This document shows positions 28,036 through 42,164 of a stretch of 64,000 nt of DNA, in pieces. Every line of letters starts with the position of its first letter. Position 1 is the first letter of the stretch. The translations under genes were made by a program, and so were the position numbers. The DNA is taken from the NCBI GenBank assembly GCA_964016885.1, contig OZ024762.1:20336001-20400000 (forward strand). Direction: 5' to 3'. This stretch comes from Eledone cirrhosa. Its lineage: Eukaryota. The notes below the pieces were generated by a model, which worked only from the letters and a program-made list of their open reading frames with translations, was not told where the DNA came from and ran no database searches.

Positions 28036-28361
28036 TGAAAGATCATTGCTCGCTCAGAGCAGAATATTATATTATAGGAATAAAAGAACAAAGAATCAGG
28101 GTTGCATCATAACATATTTAATAACATATTACGTATGTTTCACTGTATATATATATATATATATATACAGTGTATATAGTGTATATATATATATATATAT
28201 CTTTCCATGATATCCGGAATACATTGAGTTCTTCATACGGATTGGACACTACCGTAAACTCTTGGTAGATTTATCTACATATATATATATATATATATGT
28301 GTGTGTATGTAGTGTGTATAGTGTATATATATATATATATATACAACTATATACACTACAT

Positions 28362-28403
<42 letters not shown>

Positions 28404-28478
28404 TATATATACACTACATACACACACATATATATATATATATATACACTATATACACTACACATCACACACACAATA

Positions 28479-28510
<32 letters not shown>

Positions 28511-28990
28511 TCCCTTTCTTTCTCATCTCTAGGTATATGGCACTCATTCTTTTATACCACCACCATTACCACTGGCGCCACCATTACCACTGGCGCCACC
28601 ACACAAATATCTGTTTTCTACATCAATTTATCATTTCCCAGAATTAGTTTATGAAATGTTCACACATATAATGGCATATATGGAGAGAGGGGAAAGAGGG
28701 AGGTGAGGGGAGAGAGAGAGGTGGTTGAGAGAAGAGAGAGGTGGTGAGAGAAGAGAGGATGGTGAGGAGAGAGGGAGGTGAATGAAGGGGATATAGTATT
28801 TTGTAGAAAAGTTCAAAAGCTCTTTCATATATTTAGTTAAGTTTTGGTGGGAAACCATAGAATTTTTACCAATTGAATTTTAGATATAGAATTTAACGGT
28901 GTTTCATCTATCACAGAATATGCCATTTATTTACAGAGAAATTTTTTAAAAAAACATTAGAAAAAATAATAATTTTTACCTTATTTTATC

Positions 28991-29024
<34 letters not shown>

Positions 29025-29058
29025 TAAACATATATCTATATATATTTGAGTATATGTG

Positions 29059-29089
<31 letters not shown>

Positions 29090-29604
29090 GTAATTTTTCT
29101 CCCTCTATATATGTATGAATATGCTTCCAATTCTTTTCATTTCTTTTTTCCTCATCCAATTTCTATTTAAACCCCTACACTTTATGTAATTTGTCTTTGT
29201 AATCTGTCTTCATTCAGCATCTTGAAATCATTATTATTATTATTATTATTATTAGTAGTAGTAGTAGTATTAGTAGTAGTATTAGTAGTAGTAGTACTTA
29301 AATTTAAATATATATTTCATGTAAATAACTAGAGAAAATTCTATCCATAAAATTCATTTTTAAACAAGAAAAAACAACCATTGTCATGCTTTGCTTATCA
29401 AGGATGTACTAAAATCTTTCTGCACCCCATATCCACAATTGTGAATTAAGTACCAAGGAGAGGTTGTTGTTGTATTGGATTCACTCTTTTGATACCAAAT
29501 CACCTGAATCTGTTACTGGTTCTATGTGTAGGTTTCTAGACAAAGGAAGCAACACATATTGTGTACTCTCTGTGATTATGGCTAAATAGTAAAGAATTTC
29601 TATA

Positions 29605-30170
29605 ACTGTAAGCCATGTCAGTTCAATTCAACTGTAGACCATGTTAGCTATCTATAGACCTACTCAGGTCAACTGTAGGCCTACTCAGGTCAACTGTAGA
29701 TCATGTTAGCTATCTGTAGACCTACTCAGGTCAACTGTAGGCCATGTCAGCTCAACTCAACTGTCGGCCATTTCAGCTCAACTCAACTGTTGGCCATTTC
29801 AGCTCAACTGTCAGCCATGTCAGCTCAACTGTAAGTCATATCAGCTCAACTGTAGACCATGTCAGCTCAACTGTCGGCCATTTCAGCTCAACTGTAGACC
29901 ATGTCAGCTCAACTGTAAGTCATGTCAGCTCAACTGTAGACCATGTCAGCTCAACTGTAGACCATGTCAGCTCAACTGCAGGCCATGTCAGCTCAATTGT
30001 AGGATATGCCAGCTCAACTGTTGGTCATCTCAGCTAAACTGTAGGATATGCCAGCTCAACTGTAGGTCATGTCAGCTCAACTCAACTGTAAGAGATATCA
30101 GCTCAACTATAGGTCATGTCAGCTCAATTCAACTGTAGGCCATGTCTCGTCAACTGTGGGCCATCTCATG
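29605..30170. repeat. 21-bp minisatellite (agctcaactgtagaccatgtc)
   Basis: About 26 copies just downstream of the 30285 donor. Confidence 0.92.
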
Positions 30171-30284
30171 TCTCTTATATATATATCTGTAGTAGTCAAC
30201 GGGAACAGCACAAACCAACAACTTTCTAAGGTAATATATCCAAAATATAGTAAATTTTGATCATATAAAATAGTGAATACTTAC

Positions 30285-30345
30285 GTTTCGATATAACATG
30301 CCCCAAGCTGTAAAAGTGCCAGTGGTGAGGCCTGCAATGTAAAGG
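30285..30345 (-). CDS. CPOX: Putative CPOX exon (LYIAGLTTGTFTAWGMLYRN; hydrophobic sorting/anchor segment)
   Basis: Acceptor ccctgtttttcag|C, donor GAAAC|gtaagt; 61 nt, phase 2 in and phase 0 out; joins both flanking exons in frame. Confidence 0.7.
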
Positions 30346-30494
30346 CTGAAAAACAGGGGATTAAATCAATAATATGCATATACAGACACACACACAAATA
30401 TATATATATATACATACACACACACATATATACATATTTATACACATACATATAAATGTGTGTATTTATATACATATATATATATATATATATC

Positions 30495-31245
30495 ATCATC
30501 ATCATCACCTTTTTACGTCACTGTTTTCATGCTAGCATGGGTTAGACAGGTTGTCCTGTTGTGGACAATGCCAGGTCAGGTGACCATGTTTTGCTCATAC
30601 AGGACTGATTTTGGCTTGGTTTCTACAGCTGGATGCCCTTCCTAACACCAACCTCATTTACAGTGAGTACTGGGTGCTTTTTTACCATGGCACCTTTACC
30701 GTGAGTACTGGGCGCTTTTTTACCATGGCACCTTTACCGTGAGTACTGGGTGCTTTTTTACCATGGCACCTTTACCGTGAGTACTGGGTGCTTTTTTACC
30801 GTGGCACCTTTACAGTGAGTACTGGGTGCTTTTTTACCGTGGCACCTTTACAGTGAGTACTGGGTGCTTTTTTACCATGGCACCTTTACAGTGAGTACTG
30901 GGTGCTTTTTTACCATGGCACCTTTACCGTGAGTACTGGGCGCTTTTTTACCATGGCACCTTTACCGTGAGTACTGGGTGCTTTTTTACCATGGCACCTT
31001 TACCGTGAGTACTGGGCGCTTTTTTACCGTGGCACCTTTACAGTGAGTACTGGGTGCTTTTTTACCATGGCACCTTTACAGTGAGTACTGGGTGCTTTTT
31101 TACCGTGGCACCTTTACAGTGAGTACTGGGTGCTTTTTTACCGTGGCACCTTTACAGTGAGTACTGGGTGCTTTTTTACCGTGGCACCTTTACAGTGACT
31201 ACTGGGTGCTTTTTTACCGTGGGGCCTACACAACCACTTTACAGT
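30495..31245 (-). mobile_element. SINE whose internal 36-bp segment is amplified ~15x (30657-31222)
   Basis: Unit tttacagtgagtactgggtgcttttttaccgtggcacc matches the SINE-A internal sequence, and SINE sequence continues on both sides. Confidence 0.85.
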
Positions 31246-31249
31246 ATAT

Positions 31250-31415
31250 TTCCTTTCCAATCACCTTTCCAAATTTCACTCCTTGCAATTGCTTTGTCAG
31301 TAACCTTGACTGTTCATTTTTCTGTCTTGGATACACCTTATGCAATTTCTCGATTGAATTGCAGGTGTTTTTTTCCATTTTGGTAGGGATATTTGCTTTG
31401 TCCCACAATTCCTAG
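31250..31415 (-). mobile_element. Possible DNA-transposase N-terminal relic
   Basis: WDKANIPTKMEKNTCNSIEKLH resembles a WxKAxIPT...IxKL motif I recall from transposases; short and unverified. Confidence 0.3.
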
Positions 31416-32092
31416 ATCTTCTGGCTAGTGTTTTTAAACAGCAACTGAAATAGTCTCCCCAAGTTCAACGTGATGGTAGAAAAAATACAAGAGCATTGTG
31501 GTGATGGTGGTGGAGGTGTATGTGATTGCAGGGGTGGGTGTAGATGATGGTGGTGGTGAGTTATAATAGTATTGGCAGTGGTTGTATTACAATGGTAGTG
31601 CTGCTGTTATAATGCTAGGGATGGTGGTGGTAGGGTGGTGAATTGGCAGCATCGGTAGAGCATTAGACACCATGCTTTACAGCATAGAGTTATGGCCCTT
31701 TACGTTCCCGCCGAGGTTAACTTTGCCTTTCATCCTTACGGGGTCGATAAAATAAAGTAGCAGTAATGCTCTGGGATAATTGCTGGCCTTGAGCCAAAAG
31801 TAGAAACAATTATAGTAGTAGTGGAGATGATGGTGATGTAGTGGCTGTGATGGTGTAGAGGAACCTGGCTACAATCAACAAATGTTGAAGTAATTTATTT
31901 TTAATTTTTGGCATAGCATTCAAAAAGCCCCAAAATGTGTAACCCCTAAATACATCCGTATCTTCTCATATTTTCCCTTGTGTAGCTCTTATGTAAAATA
32001 GATTCAGAGCACAATTGATGTGAGGGGTTTCCAACAAAAAGAATCTTTCCTATAAATATGAAACACTTTAATATATATATATACACACACAC

Positions 32093-32135
<43 letters not shown>

Positions 32136-32173
32136 TTGCGAGGTTTTTTATATGAAATCGTGTGTCGAAACAG

Positions 32174-32921
<748 letters not shown>

Positions 32922-33644
32922 AGATAAATTAACGGAGGCATAGACTCTCGTTATTCCCTGTAAATTATGTGCTCAAAGGAAAAGGAATCCTGAACTCTTT
33001 AAAATACAATATGTAGAAAGGGTAACACACTAGAGAGAGAGAGAGAGCATGTGCCATCAATAAAACAGGGAAACCACCAGTGTATGGAGTCTATAACCTA
33101 TGGAAGGCAGGGTAGACACTCAATAATTAAAAATACTAGCAGAAAACCACCATTCGGGTGGTTTTCTGCTAACATGTGTAGTGTGTATATTGATATTATA
33201 CGCATGTATATATACATGTAGATATGATACATCAAATAAAATCGTAATTGACAATATAAACAGAAATTGAATGAAGACGTTACACTGTATTTGAACTCAG
33301 ATCATAAAGGGGTGTAACTCTATGCTTCAAAGCATAGCGTCCAACGCTTTACCAATACTGCCAATCCATAATAATGATTTCTTTATTTATTTATTCATTA
33401 TTTATTCATTATTTATTTTAATAATAAAAAGCGACGATTTGTTATGTCTTCATTGCGTTTATTGCATAGTGACGTGTGTTTCGGGACTGATCAGCTCAAG
33501 GTTTGATCCGTATCGATCTAGCCTGGACTCTGGAATCAAAAGGTCGTCGGACCTCTGCTGAGGTAATGACAGAATCATTATCACAACAGACGTCTAATGA
33601 GCTTTTGTAATGTCCAGTGAGACTGGACATTACAATCTTTCCCT

Positions 33645-33713
<69 letters not shown>

Positions 33714-33969
33714 TATATGTTGATTTAAAACTGCACTATCAACAAGTGTTTTTTTTAGCCTTCATATCATGTTCTCCTGTTTTATCTGATGAAAACACAA
33801 ATATTATTGTTTGATGATGTTTGTTTTTGAAATGTGCATAATAAAATATATTGAACTCCTTTAACCATCTTTTGATCTTATATTATGCATACTCCAGTCC
33901 CACAAACTGTAGAGTGCTTCTTATCCGATATCTGCATTGCTTTATTGTACTACAATAAAACTCACCTCC

Positions 33970-34095
<126 letters not shown>

Positions 34096-34180
34096 TGAAG
34101 TTGGAAATAGCACGGGAAATATATTTAAGGGTCTGTTTTTCGTTTTTGATTCGTCAAAGTGACATTATTGAAAAGATAAA

Positions 34181-36686
34181 TGTACCCAGTACACCCTGTA
34201 AAGTGCTAGTGTTAGCGCCATGATAAAATGCATCTGGTACACCCTGTAAAGTTGTAGTGCAGGTACCATGATAAAACATACCCAGTGGTAGTATTAGTGC
34301 CATGATAAAATGTATCCAGTACACTCTGTAAAGAGGTAGTGTTGGTGCCATGATAAAATGCATCCAGGTCACTCTGTAAAGAGGTAGTGTTGGTGCCATG
34401 ATAAAATGTATCCTGTACACTCTGTAAAGAGGTAGTGTTGGTGCCATGATAAAATGCATCCAGGTCACTCTGTAAAGAGGTAGTGTTGGTGCCATGATAA
34501 AATGCATCCAGGTCACTCTGTAAAGAGGTAGTGTTGGTGCCATGATAAAATGCATCCAGGTCACTCTGTAAAGAGGTAGTGTTGGTGCCATGATAAAATG
34601 CATCCAGGTCACTCTGTAAAGAGGTAGTGTTGGTGCCATGATAAAATACATCCAGGTCACTCTGTAAAGAGGTAGTGTTGGTGCCATGATAAAATGCATC
34701 CAGGTCACTCTGTAAAGAGGTAGTGTTGGTGCCATGATAAAATGCATCCAGGTCAGTCTGTAAAGAGGTAGTGTTGGTGCCATGATAAAATGCATCCAGG
34801 TCACTCTGTAAAGAGGTAGTGTTGGTGCCATGATAAAATGCATCCAGGTCACTCTGTAAAGAGGTAGTGTTGGTGCCATGATAAAATGAGTCCAGTACAC
34901 TCTGTAAAGAGGTAGTGTTGGTGCCATGATAAAATGCATCCAGGTCACTCTGTAAAAAGGTATTGTTGGTGCCATGATAAAATGCATCCAGGTCACTCTG
35001 TAAAGAGGTAGTGTTGGTGCCATGATAAAATGCATCCAGGTCACTCTGTAAAGAGGTAGTGTTGGTGCCATGATAAAATGCGTCCAGTACACTCTGTAAA
35101 GAGGTAGTGTTGGTGCCATGATAAAATGTATCCTGTACACTCTGTAAAGAGGTAGTGTTGGTGCCATGATAAAATGCATCCAGGTCACTCTGTAAAGAGG
35201 TAGTGTTGGTGCCATGATAAAATGCGTCCAGTACACTCTGTAAAGAGGTAGTATTGGTGCCATGATAAAATGTATCCAGTACACTCTGTAAAGAGGTAGT
35301 GTTGGTGCCATGATAAAATGCGTCCAGTGCACTCTGTAAAGAGGTAGTGTTGGTGCCATGATAAAATGCATCCAGGTCACTCTGTAAAGAGGTAGTGTTG
35401 GTGCCATGATAAAATGCATCCAGGTCACTCTGTAAAGAGGTAGTGTTGGTGCCATGATAAAATGCATCCAGGTCACTCTGTAAAGAGGTAGTGTTGGTGC
35501 CATGATAAAATGCGTCCAGTACACTCTGTAAAGAGGTAGTGTTGGTGCCATGATAAAATGTATCCAGTACACTCTGTATAGAGGTAGTGTTGGTGCCATG
35601 ATAAAATGCATCCAGGTCACTCTGTAAAGAGGTAGTGTTGGTGCCATGATAAAATGCATCCAGGTCACTCTGTAAAAAGGTAGTGTTGGTGCCATGATAA
35701 AATGCGTCCAGTGCACTCTGTATAGAGGTAGTGTTGGTGCCATGATAAAATGCATCCAGGTCACTCTGTAAAGAGGTAGTGTTGGTGCCATGATAAAATG
35801 CATCCAGGTCACTCTGTAAAGAGGTAGTGTTGGTGCCATGATAAAATGCATCCAGGTCACTCTGTAAAGAGGTAGTGTTGGTGCCATGATAAAATGCATC
35901 CAGTACACTCTGTAAAGAGGTAGTGTTGGTGCCATGATAAAATGCGTCCAGTACACTCTGTATAGAGGTAGTGTTGGTGCCATGATAAAATGCATCCAGG
36001 TCACTCTGTAAAGAGGTAGTGTTGGTGCCATGATAAAATGCATCCAGTGCACTCTGTATAGAGGTAGTGTTGGTGCCATGATAAAATGCATCCAGGTCAC
36101 TCTGTAAAAAGGTAGTGTTGGTGCCATGATAAAATGCGACCAGTGCACTCTGTATAGAGGTAGTGTTGGTGCCATGATAAAATGCATCCAGGTCACTCTG
36201 TAAAAAGGTAGTGTTGGTGCCATGATAAAATGCGACCAGTACACTCTGTATAGAGGTAGTGTTGGTGCCATGATAAAATGCATCCAGGTCACTCTGTAAA
36301 AAGGTAGTGTTGGTGCCATGATAAAATGCGACCAGTGCACTCTGTAAAGAGGTAGTGTTGGTGCCATGATAAAATGTATCCAGTACACTCTGTATAGAGG
36401 TAGTGTTGGTGCCATGATAAAATGCATCCAGGTCACTCTGTAAAAAGGTAGTGTTGGTGCCATGATAAAATGCATCCAGGTCACTCTGTAAAGAGGTAGT
36501 GTTGGTGCCATGATAAAATGCGTCCAGTACACTCTGTATAGAGGTAGTGTTGGTGCCATGATAAAATGCATCCAGGTCACTCTGTAAAAAGGTAGTGTTG
36601 GTGCCATGATAAAATGAATCCAGTACACTCTGTAAAGAGGTAGCGTTGGTGCCATGATAAAATGCGACCAGTACACCCTGTAAAGT
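34181..36686. repeat. 48-bp minisatellite, ~50 copies (ctctgtaaagaggtagtgttggtgccatgataaaatgcatccaggtca)
   Basis: Highly homogeneous with diverged edge copies; related to the SINE-A internal segment. Confidence 0.97.
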
Positions 36687-37089
36687 GTCTGGCATTCGGC
36701 CATAGAAACCAAGCTAAAACTGGAAACTGGAAACTATATAAGTGAGACATGGTTGCTGGCTTATCCAGGAGGTCAGAAGCTTTGAGTAAGTTCTATCGAC
36801 TTGGTCTGTAACAACCCGTTCGACTCCTAAGCCAGCATGGTTAAATGGACATAAAATCATAATTATGATGATGACGATATATATGTGTGTGTGTGTATAT
36901 ATATATATATACATATACACACACACACATATATATATCACTTTTATATATATATACACACACACATATATATATATATCACTTTATATATATATACACA
37001 AACATATATCACATATACACATACACACATGCATATCATCATCATCATCTTCGTTTAACGTCCATTTTCCACGCTAGCATGGGTTAGAC

Positions 37090-37289
37090 GATACATATAC
37101 ACACACACACATATATATATACATATACACACATATATATATATATATATTTACATTATACACATATATAGTCATACATACATACATATATATATACATA
37201 TTTACATTATACACATATATATACATACATACATATATATGTATACATACATACATATATATACATATTTACATTATACACATATATAG

Positions 37290-37320
<31 letters not shown>

Positions 37321-37830
37321 CATATTTACATTATACACATATAGACATACATATATATACATACATACATACATATACATATTTACATTATACACATATA
37401 TAAACATACATATATAGACATACATATATATACATACATACCTATTTACATTATACACATATAGACATACATATATATACATACATACATACATATACAT
37501 ATTTACATTATACACATATATAGACATACATATATATACATACAAACATACATACATACATATTTACATTATACACATATAGACATACATATATATATAC
37601 ATACATACATACATATACATATTTACATTATACACATATATAAACATACATATATAGACATACATATATATACATACATACATACATACATACATATACA
37701 TATTTACATTATACACATATATAGACATACACATATATATACATACATATTTATATATATATATATATATATTCACATATACATATATATATATATGTAT
37801 GTATACATACATATATTCTGATTCACATAT
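37090..37830. repeat. TA/CA compound repeat with atttacattatacac units
   Basis: Direct inspection. Confidence 0.9.
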
Positions 37831-39070
37831 ATATGTGCACACTTGTATATATATACATATTTACACATGTGTACAGTGTTCAATGGTGGGGAAAAAAAAT
37901 CAAAAATCAAAAATCAAAAAATCATTCCCCAATAAACATCAGAGATACTGTAATGTTGTATATCGGACATGACCGTTCTTATCAAAAGAGAAGAGAAATG
38001 ACCAAAATAATAGTCTAGACCTCTCTCTATATATTATTATATAAAAATACCGCAAATCTATAAACTACGCAGAAAAATGGTGCAGGGACTAGATACAAGG
38101 GGGAAATAACTCTAGGACATAATTTCTTAGAGGAACTTAAAACTTGCAGACGATTAGCAAGAGGGTGGGGGTGGGGGTGTCTGGATGGATGGATGAGGGG
38201 GGTGGGGAGAAGTTAATGCGGCTTAGAAGGTGAGGAAGAAGACAAAAATAACCCCCCCCCAAAAAAAAATCTAAAATGAAAAAAATAAATAAATAAAAAC
38301 GAATAACATTCAATGGAATTTAAATGAAAAATGTTAGTGTTGTATTATGGACACACTGACGAAGTAGGAAATGTGTGTGTGGTGGTGGTGACGGTGGGAG
38401 GAAGGTTAGGGGTGTGTTGTGGAAAAAAAAAGGTGGGTGGGGGGTTGTCAGGTCTATTCTATTGAAGGCCAAAAGATGAGATTAAGAGACAGATGAAAGG
38501 GAAAAAGAAATGGTGGAAAGATAAAAATAAAAAATAAAAAATAAAAAATAAAAAATAAAAAATAAAAAATAAAAAAAATTAATAAAATAATAATCGCGAA
38601 AAAAAAAAAAAATTGAGAGAGAAAAAATAATTTTCTCAGAAAGATGATTTACAATCGATATATTATACGTAATAAAAGGATTTTGGCGGAGTAGAAGCTA
38701 TCAATCTTAATATGGTTGTTTTGATCAAACTTTCAATAATAACTGGATTATTTCCAAATACTTGAAGCCAATTTAACAGATCATCAAAACTTGGAGGAAG
38801 AAATAAAAAGGGGTAGAGGTAAAAAGCAGCAAAACCATAACAGAAAAAGGGAACAAAAAGGGTTAAGAACTTTCTGGAAATGGTATTTTCATCCATTAGC
38901 TTTGGCAGCTGCTAAACATTTTGGAGGAAACCTATCCTGGGATTAAGGACAGAGGAAGATATGACATTTGTTGAGGCTGTTCCCTCTCTCCCCCAAGGAA
39001 ATTAATAACAGAAGTGAAGGGAAACATCTGGAACTGCCACAGATTAAATCTAACAGAGAGAGTTCTTTTC

Positions 39071-40074
39071 TTAACCCTTTAGCATTTACATTATTCATAG
39101 GAGGCACATGGCTTAGTGGTTAGAGCATTGGCCTTGCAATCGAAAGGTTGTGAGTTCAATTCTCAGACCGGGTGATGTGTTGTTTCCTTGAGCAAGACAC
39201 TTTATTTCACATTGCTCCAGTTTACTCAGCTGTAGAAATGAGGTGATAGGGACTGGGGTCCATATCATTCCACTGCAAAGTGGTCGTGGAGGTGACACGG
39301 CAAAAAAGCACCCAGCACTCACTGTAAATGAGGTTGGTGTTAGGAAGGGCATCCAGCTGTAGAAATCAAGCCAGCATCAGTTCCCATCCCACCCTTGCAA
39401 GCAGGGAAATGTGGACGTAAAATGATGATGATGATGATGAAATGATGATAGGACGGTGGATTGGCAGTATCAGTAGAGGGTCGGACACCATGCTTTGACG
39501 GATAGAGTTACGGCCCTTGCCATTCTCAGTTCAAATCCTGCCGAGGTTAACTTTGCCTTTCATCCTTATGGGGTCGATAAAATAAAGTACCAGTAATACA
39601 CTGGTAAATTGCTAGCCTTGTGCCAAAAGTAGAAACAATTATTCTATATTTACAATTGTATTTTCACAGTAAAGTCTCTATCTTACATAATTATTTCACA
39701 TAATATTGAATCTACGAACATTTGATGTTATTTATTTTGAGAACAATACCTTATTAATCATTTAGCATTTAAACCAGCCATATCCGGCCAGAATTCTCTC
39801 ACCTTTTTCTGTTCAAACTAGCTGTAACCAGCCACTCCTACTTATGTTAAGGTATTGTTCTCAAAATAAATAATATCGAAATCTCATAGATTCGACATTA
39901 TGTGAGATAATTATGTGAGATAAAGTGTTTACCACAAAAATACCATAGAAAATATAGAGTAATGTGAATGCTAAAGGGTTGAGGTAGGTATGAGCGGCCA
40001 ATTACAGCCGGTTTGAACTGAAAGAGGTGAGAGAGTCTGGCCAGATATGGCCGGTTTAGATGTTAAAGGGTTAA
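39071..40074 (+). mobile_element. Nested composite: piggyBac-type MITE containing SINE-A (39100-39449), SINE-B (39451-39643) and an inverted MITE of its own family (~39753-39982)
   Basis: Outer TTAACCCTTTAG / AAAGGGTTAA ends; attattc duplicated around the SINE pair; the inner MITE sits at the internal TTAA seen in copy 277-505. Confidence 0.8.
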
Positions 40075-40284
40075 AGATCATCAACATCATAATCATCATT
40101 GTCATATTTATGTTCCCTTTTCCATGGTAGCATGGGTCGGACGAGATAATTTTGAGGCAGTATTCCTAAGGCCAGATGCCCTTCCTGATAGCAAGCCCTA
40201 CACACACATATTTTATTATTGAAATCATTATTTTTAAGTATCGTTGACACTGACACTGTTGTCAACAATGTTGTCAGGTGCAAC

Positions 40285-40811
40285 CCTCCATCACCACCAT
40301 CACAGCCATTACTGTCACCACTGTCGCCTCCACCGCTGTCATCATTGTGTCACCACTACGTCACCATCACCACCACCACCACCACCACCACTACGTCACC
40401 ACCACCACCACCACTAACTATCACTGCTGTCACCATCATGTCATCACCATCACCACCACTACGTCACCATCAACACCGTCACCATCACCACCACTACGTC
40501 ACCATCACCACCACTATGTCACCACCACCACCACTACCACTATGACCCCATCATCACCATCAGCACCATCACCACCATCACCACCACTACGTCACCATCA
40601 CCATCACTACGTCACCATCAACACCATCACCACCACTATGTCACCATCACCACTACGTCCCCACCACCACCACCACTACGTCATCACCACCACTACTACG
40701 TCACTATCACCACCACTACGTCAACATCAACGTCATCACCATTATGTCACCATCACCACCATCACCACTACCACTGTGTCACCAACATTGTCACTGCCAC
40801 CACCACCGATC

Positions 40812-40843
<32 letters not shown>

Positions 40844-40845
40844 AA
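40285..40845. repeat. (CAC/CAT)n compound repeat
   Basis: Direct inspection. Confidence 0.92.
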
Positions 40846-41247
40846 TGAATAAATTTCTTGTAAACCTGCCAAAAATCTTATTGTACCATTTTTTTTTATT
40901 TTATTAAATGTTGCCTTATTAATTGTGGAAACAAATGTTTTGACAGCTGGTCACCCTTCACTGAATAATGACAAGCTAGTAGAACCAGTCAACTAGAGCT
41001 TCCAACAATAATTTGTCTATTAAATCTATTTAAGCCAACCCATCTGTGACCATCCATACAAAAGTGCTCATATTTTATTTAAGATTCCAATCAAAATCCT
41101 ATCATATAAATAATATAATGAGATTTTAGTTGGTTTGCACCAATATAATGTCATTATATTATGAACCAATGAGGGAAGCTCCATGTGGTATTACAATACG
41201 CTAGAAATAGCAGTTAAATCTTATCTCCTTCTTGAGTAATCCCTTGT

Positions 41248-41483
41248 TTAACTCTTTAGTATTTACATTACTCTATATTTACTATATTTACTATTATATT
41301 TACTATTAAGGCTTTACCTCACATAATTATCTCACATAATATTGAATCTATGAGATTTTGATATTATTTATTTTGAGAACAATACCTTAACGTCAGTATG
41401 AGTGGCCGGTTACATCCGGTTTGAACAGAAAGAAGTGAGAGTATTCTAGCCAGATATGGCCGGTTTAAATGCTAAAGGGTTAA
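41248..41483 (+). mobile_element. piggyBac-type MITE
   Basis: TTAA ends; homologous to 277-505. Confidence 0.8.
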
Positions 41484-41846
41484 AAGTGAAACATTCATTT
41501 TGCTCTTACTAATGGACAGAATATATGTGGCCAACCACACCTGAATAAACATCCACGCCACTGATGTTCTCCAAGGGAAAGGCAATGGTCTGAGTTCAAA
41601 TCCCGCTGAGGTTAACTTTGCCTTTCATCTTTACGGGGTCGATAAAATAAAGTACCAGTAATACACTGGGCTAATTGCTGGCCTTGTGCCAAAAGTAGAA
41701 ACAATTATAGTAGTAGTGGAGATGGTGGTGATGTAGTGGCTGTGATGGTGTAGAGGAACCTGAATATTATGAACCAATGTGGGAGACTCTATGTGGTCTC
41801 TGAATACACTAGAGGTAGCAGCCAAATCTTATAATATCTTAAAATA

Positions 41847-42019
41847 TACCGTATTTCCCGGCGCCGAAGATGCTTCCTCCTCAAGGATGCACCCTAATTT
41901 TGACAACCAAAAATTTGAAAAAAAAATAATAAACAATCTTCGACCTCCAGGATGTATGGTAGATTTTTGAGACTTATTTTAAGAAAAAAGTAGCATCTTC
42001 GATGCTGGGAACTACAGTA
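41847..42019 (+). mobile_element. TcMar/pogo-type MITE
   Basis: TA-CCGTATTTCCCGGCG ... TGCTGGGAACTACAG-TA imperfect TIRs. Confidence 0.75.
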
Positions 42020-42053
42020 ATTGAAAAAAAAAGAAAGAAAGAAAGAAACATAC

Positions 42054-42164
42054 CGTTTTGGATTGACATGTTCATAAGATCTAAAGGTCGCTATAGAAGA
42101 CAAATAGCGGAAGGCATTCAAACAGGAATTCATCTTGAGCATTCTCACCATCTTCTGAGAAATG
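42054..42164 (-). CDS. CPOX: Putative CPOX exon encoding a mitochondrial-presequence-like N-terminus (ATG at 42151; MVRMLKMNSCLNAFRYLSSIATFRSYEHVNPK+CG)
   Basis: Minus strand acceptor tatttctattttccag|C and donor AAACG|gtatgt; 111 nt. Peptide is R/K/S-rich with one acidic residue. Ends in phase 2, matching the 30345 exon. The acceptor implies a further upstream exon. Confidence 0.62.

Noticed and set aside
34181-36686. CRISPR-like array (also considered for 52997-54172)
   Set aside because: Contiguous tandem units without unique spacers, eukaryotic context and no cas genes.
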